From Colwellia sp. (lineage in GTDB: Bacteria > Pseudomonadota > Gammaproteobacteria > Enterobacterales > Alteromonadaceae): a stretch of 64,000 nucleotides of DNA. Below, one piece after another: positions 60,021 through 64,000 of the stretch; within the stretch, counting starts at the first letter, position 1; each line of letters opens with the position of its first letter. Location: positions 2,561 to 66,560 of the forward strand of contig JBAHZW010000061.1 in the NCBI GenBank assembly GCA_037132835.1, read 5' to 3'. Under the pieces are notes generated by a model. It had not been told where the DNA came from, ran no database searches, and saw only the letters and a list, made by a program, of their open reading frames with translations. Both the position numbers and the translations under genes were made by a program.

Positions 60021-60989
60021 TTATTTATAGTAGCTTAAACACTTCTCGACTTCGTTCTTAGAGCCCATGATAACCTCAACGCGTTGGTGGATACTTTCCG
60101 GCTCTATATCCATAATACGTCCTTGGTTTGTTACGGCTAAACCACCTGCCTGCTCGATTAAAAAGGCCATTGGGTTTGCTTCATACATCAAGCGTAACTT
60201 ATTCGGTTTATTCGCATCCTTACTGTCAGTAGGGTAAGCAAAAATACCACCGCGACATAAAATACGATGGATATCCCCGACCATGGCTGCAATCCAACGC
60301 ATATTAAAGTTTTTACCACGTGGACCGCTATCACCAGCAAGCAGGTCATTGATGTAATTTTTCATTGGTGATTGCCAAAAGCGTTGGTTAGACATATTAA
60401 TGGCAAATTCTTGTGTCTCAGTCGGTACTTGTATCATACGCTCTGCTAACAAGAAACCACCATGGGTTCTGTCTAATACATACATATGTGTGCCACTACC
60501 GGTAGTCATCACTAACATGGTGGATGGTCCATAAAGCACATAACCCGCACAAACTTGCTTATTACCTGCTTGTTTGAACAGCTCATCATCACCACCAGCA
60601 ATGTCTTTAGAGGCTTCATGAATAGAGAAAATAGTACCAATTAACGAATTAATGTCGGTATTAGAGCTACCATCAAGAGGATCAAAAGAGACAATATATT
60701 TGCCATTTTCATCACCCGCAACGGAGTGGTCTTCTTCTTCTGATGAAATTGCTTTAACAAAGCCAGTTTCGAGTAAAATATCTTTAATTAATTCGTTAGA
60801 GACAACATCTAATTTCTTCTGAACTTCGCCTTGAATGTTTTCGTCAAGGGTTGAGCCGAGCAAGTCACCTAAGTGAGCTTGGCTAACACGAAATGAAATT
60901 TCTTTTGTTGCCGCTAAAAGGGTTTTTATCAGTGAAATCAGATCAAGAGGTACATTGTCTTGACGTAAAACAGGAGCTAGTCGTTGCAT
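60021..60989 (-). CDS. fbp: Class 1 fructose-1,6-bisphosphatase
   Basis: [35 protein letters not shown]. Confidence 0.96.
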   Translation of the reverse strand: MQRLAPVLRQDNVPLDLISLIKTLLAATKEISFRVSQAHLGDLLGSTLDENIQGEVQKKLDVVSNELIKDILLETGFVKAISSEEEDHSVAGDENGKYIVSFDPLDGSSNTDINSLIGTIFSIHEASKDIAGGDDELFKQAGNKQVCAGYVLYGPSTMLVMTTGSGTHMYVLDRTHGGFLLAERMIQVPTETQEFAINMSNQRFWQSPMKNYINDLLAGDSGPRGKNFNMRWIAAMVGDIHRILCRGGIFAYPTDSKDANKPNKLRLMYEANPMAFLIEQAGGLAVTNQGRIMDIEPESIHQRVEVIMGSKNEVEKCLSYYK

Positions 60990-61496
60990 TTGATTACCTA
61001 AATTATTTTAAAGTTGTTTTACTAAGCTGGAATAGTTTGGCTGCTATACTTAGTTGCTATTATGCTCGGCAATACCGTTTATTAAATAGTACTCCATTGA
61101 GTTAAGTTATTTAATGTCAGCATTGGAAACGATTTTTATAGTGTATCAAATTTGTGTTGCACTTTAAATTAGGCTCTGCTGATTAATTGGCATTGTTTTC
61201 TTTCTTTTTATTGTTTTTAATGGAATTAAAAGCGCATTTAAAATTATCGGCTTAGATTTACTTGACCACTTCACTCTATGCGAGGGACTGTAACTGAATC
61301 AAGTGCTATAGAAGAATTGTGTTTTTTGTATGCTGATTACGCTTAAAGTTAAATTTATAATGATCTTGTCTAGGTATATGTGGATCAGCTATGAGGTAAA
61401 ATGCGGACAAGATATGGAATCGGCGAATTAATGTAGTAAGGTAAATTAATATATGAGTCTACGCGTAAACAAAAAGAAGTTATCGGAGGCGAGTTT

Positions 61497-62729
61497 ATGA
61501 CAACCGCTGATCCAAACCAGATTGCGTCGCCGATTAAAGTCTCGCTGAAGTTACTATTACCCTTGTTGGCTTCCATTTTAGCCATGTCCCCCTTAGCGAT
61601 AGATATGTATTTGTCGGCCATGCCGATAATTGCTGAAGAGCTAAATACGCCTATTACCATGGTGCAAAATAGCTTAAGCATCTATTTATTAGGCTTTTCT
61701 CTTGGCTTAGTCTTATTTGGCCCCATGGCTGATAAATTTCCTCGTCGTACGCTCGTGTTATTGGGGATGTGCGGTTTTTTTGTGGCAAGTTTACTCTTAG
61801 CTTTTTCCACCAATATTGAACAATTTCTTACGCTTAGGTTCTTTCAAGCTTTTATTAGTAGCGCGGCTACGGTTGTTGTGCCGGGTGCTGTGCGTGAGTA
61901 TTATGGTAAGGATACCGCCAAGGGATTATCGTATGTCAGTATGATCATGATGTTAGCGCCTATGATAGCGCCCAGTATTGGTAGTGCATTATTACTTACC
62001 CATAGTTGGCAACTTATTTTTTATGTCTTGGCTGCCTATAGTTTGCTTGTCATTGTGTTGGTATGTTATTACCTACCCAATGCTAAGGTTATAGTACCTC
62101 GGCAAGGGCAAGAAGCAGGGCAGAATGAATTGAGCTTTGTCCAACGCTATAAAGTCGTGCTAAGTAATACCAAAGCTCGATTAGATATTATTAGCTCAAT
62201 GATGATATCACTGGCCTTTTTTGCTTATCTTACCGCAATACCTTATATATATTTAACCGTCTTTTCTGTGTCAGAATATAAATTTAGTCTGCTATTCGCG
62301 TTAAATGTTGTTGGTTTAATGACGGCTCATTTCATTAATACGCGACTTGTTGTCCGTAAAGGTTCAAGAGCCATGTTACGCTTTGGTTTGGTGATAGCCA
62401 CTTTGTCAGCAATAGCGTTATTGCTCGTTAGTGTATTGCAGTTACCCTTGATTTATACCGTGGTGGTGATATTGCCTTTGATGGGCAGTATTTCAATGGT
62501 ATTAGTTAACAGTGACGCTTTAGTGCTAGTCAAGTTTCCTGAACATTCTGGCACAGTCACCGCGGTAATTGGTATACTTCGCTGGGGAATTGGCGCATTA
62601 GCAGGGCCAATTTTAACTTTTTTTTATGATGGCACGGCTAAACCATTTGCTTTATTAATGTTTACCGCTGTGGGCATTGTCTTATGCTGTCAGATCCGCG
62701 TATGGTTTAGGTATAAAACAGCTCAATGA
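61497..62729 (+). CDS. Bcr/CflA-family MFS efflux transporter
   Basis: PLAIDMYL.AMP, GP.ADK..RR, RFFQA, APMIAP.IG; about 12 TM segments. Confidence 0.88.
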   Translation: MTTADPNQIASPIKVSLKLLLPLLASILAMSPLAIDMYLSAMPIIAEELNTPITMVQNSLSIYLLGFSLGLVLFGPMADKFPRRTLVLLGMCGFFVASLLLAFSTNIEQFLTLRFFQAFISSAATVVVPGAVREYYGKDTAKGLSYVSMIMMLAPMIAPSIGSALLLTHSWQLIFYVLAAYSLLVIVLVCYYLPNAKVIVPRQGQEAGQNELSFVQRYKVVLSNTKARLDIISSMMISLAFFAYLTAIPYIYLTVFSVSEYKFSLLFALNVVGLMTAHFINTRLVVRKGSRAMLRFGLVIATLSAIALLLVSVLQLPLIYTVVVILPLMGSISMVLVNSDALVLVKFPEHSGTVTAVIGILRWGIGALAGPILTFFYDGTAKPFALLMFTAVGIVLCCQIRVWFRYKTAQ

Positions 62730-62754
62730 CAAAAAATCAAATAAAGGAAACCTA

Positions 62755-63411
62755 ATGAAAAATGTAGCAGTTATTCTAAGTGGTTGTGGTGTTTACGACG
62801 GCAGTGAAATTCATGAAGCGGTGCTTACTTTGTTAGCAATTGAGCAGCAAGGGGGCTCTTATCGTTGTTTTGCACCAAATATAATGCAACATCATGTTAT
62901 TAATCACCTCACGGGTGAGGTGAGCAAAAATGAAAGCCGTAATGTACTCGTTGAGGCGGCACGAATTGGTCGTGGCGATGTAGAAGATTTAATTGAACTC
63001 AATGAAAAAGAGTTTGATGCTATCATCTTTGTCGGTGGTTTTGGCGCAGCGAAAAATTTGAGTAATTTTGCATTAGATAGCGATAACTACCATGTTAATG
63101 AGCAAGTAATCACTGCGGCTAAAGCCTTTTCCTGTGTCGAAAAACCAGCAGGTTTTATGTGTATAGCGCCAGCGTTATTACCTTTTATTTATCCTGATGG
63201 CGTCAAAGGAACTATTGGTAAAGATTATGCTACGGCGAAATTTATTGCTGCCAAAGGCTTAATGCATATTGATTGTGATGTTGATGATATAGTGGTTGAT
63301 GAAGCCCATAAAATAGTGACAACACCAGCGTACATGTTAGCTGAGTCAATTAGTGAAGCGGCAACAGGAATCAATAAATTAGTGAAATATGTGCTGGCGT
63401 TAAGTCAGTAG
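62755..63411 (+). CDS. elbB: DJ-1/PfpI-family glyoxalase
   Basis: VILSGCGVYDGSEIHE, RNVLVEAARI.RG, GGFGAAKNLS, MCIAP, TTPAYM; ATG at 62755 with AAGGA RBS. Confidence 0.93.
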   Translation: MKNVAVILSGCGVYDGSEIHEAVLTLLAIEQQGGSYRCFAPNIMQHHVINHLTGEVSKNESRNVLVEAARIGRGDVEDLIELNEKEFDAIIFVGGFGAAKNLSNFALDSDNYHVNEQVITAAKAFSCVEKPAGFMCIAPALLPFIYPDGVKGTIGKDYATAKFIAAKGLMHIDCDVDDIVVDEAHKIVTTPAYMLAESISEAATGINKLVKYVLALSQ

Positions 63412-63445
63412 GTTTTATGCTCATGGATAAGGTAGCCAATACTTG

Positions 63446-64000
63446 ATGAGGTACTCATTTAGCCCTTTTACTCTTAATAAGAAACGACCCTTCATAGCAG
63501 TGACTTTGCTAATAATGATGGTTTCATTTGCACTCAGTGCCTGTCAAAGCCACACATCAGAAAAAAATATGACCCATAAGCCGATAAATACTCAACGTTT
63601 CACTGAATTTGAGCGAAAAATAGCCCAAAGAATGTCACTCGATATTCGTTATTATTGTGCTGATATCGAAGGTGAGGCAAGTGTGCCATCGTCAAAGCAT
63701 TGTCGACAAGCGGTAACACAACTTCCTGAGCCCTTAGCTCAATTGATCAGTGAAACAAATATTGGCGGTATTGTACTGTTTGCTGAAAATGTACAAAACA
63801 CGGCACAGATTATCCATTTAACTGATGATATTCAGCAAGCGGCACTTAAATCAGTCACCGAAAAACCGTTAATTATCTCGATGGATCAAGAGGGAGGGCG
63901 GGTGGCTCGTTATTCAAAAATGACGGGCTTTGCTGGAAATATGGCGATTGGTGCCAGCTACGCTGAACAGGGTACTTACTTCGCGACGCAAGTTAATGAG
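63446..64000 (+). CDS. GH3 glycoside hydrolase, probable beta-N-acetylhexosaminidase lipoprotein (3'-truncated by window edge; not in ORF track)
   Basis: Open frame MRYSF...LSAC (lipobox)...IGGIVLFAENV...SMDQEGGRVAR...GNMAIGA to the window end. Confidence 0.85.
   Translation, partial: MRYSFSPFTLNKKRPFIAVTLLIMMVSFALSACQSHTSEKNMTHKPINTQRFTEFERKIAQRMSLDIRYYCADIEGEASVPSSKHCRQAVTQLPEPLAQLISETNIGGIVLFAENVQNTAQIIHLTDDIQQAALKSVTEKPLIISMDQEGGRVARYSKMTGFAGNMAIGASYAEQGTYFATQVNE

Noticed and set aside
60990-61496. 507-bp fbp/bcr spacer as a riboswitch or sRNA
   Set aside because: AT-rich divergent promoter region with no recognisable aptamer or terminator; would need an Infernal/Rfam scan

Overview
AT-rich marine gammaproteobacterial chromosome; gene content and sequence style suggest Alteromonadales, probably Colwellia-like (inference, no search run). 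Left to right: the 3' part of a kinase-type GalNAc/galactosamine catabolic locus (agaZ-agaS-ROK kinase-agaA, agaR); a nonsense-disrupted gamma-glutamylcyclotransferase-like gene and an alginate-lyase-family gene; several membrane/hypothetical genes; ogt-rsmD / ftsYEX-rpoH; tatABC-hyp-tatD-GGDEF-hemB; a ~15 kb LysR-associated lipid-catabolic cluster (26.9-41.7 kb); gppA-rhlB / trxA-rho-ubiD-fre; an ErdR/CrbR-like regulator, pepD, slmA-coaBC / radC; a 264-bp MITE-like element; motX-rnr-rlmB; DUF945, fbp, a Bcr/CflA pump, elbB and the start of a GH3 lipoprotein. The best candidate for an uncharacterised system is the lipid cluster. It has two operons sharing a near-identical operator/promoter architecture that is visible in the sequence. 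It combines split ACAD10/11-like (Lva-like) kinase and dehydrogenase genes, a histidine phosphatase, an old yellow enzyme, an (R)-specific MFE-2-like beta-oxidation set, FadD and a patatin-like lipase, which suggests catabolism of oxidised (4-hydroxy/4-oxo) fatty acids. No rRNA, tRNA, CRISPR array, integrase or transposase was seen. Protein calls come from motif recognition and gene order, not database searches.
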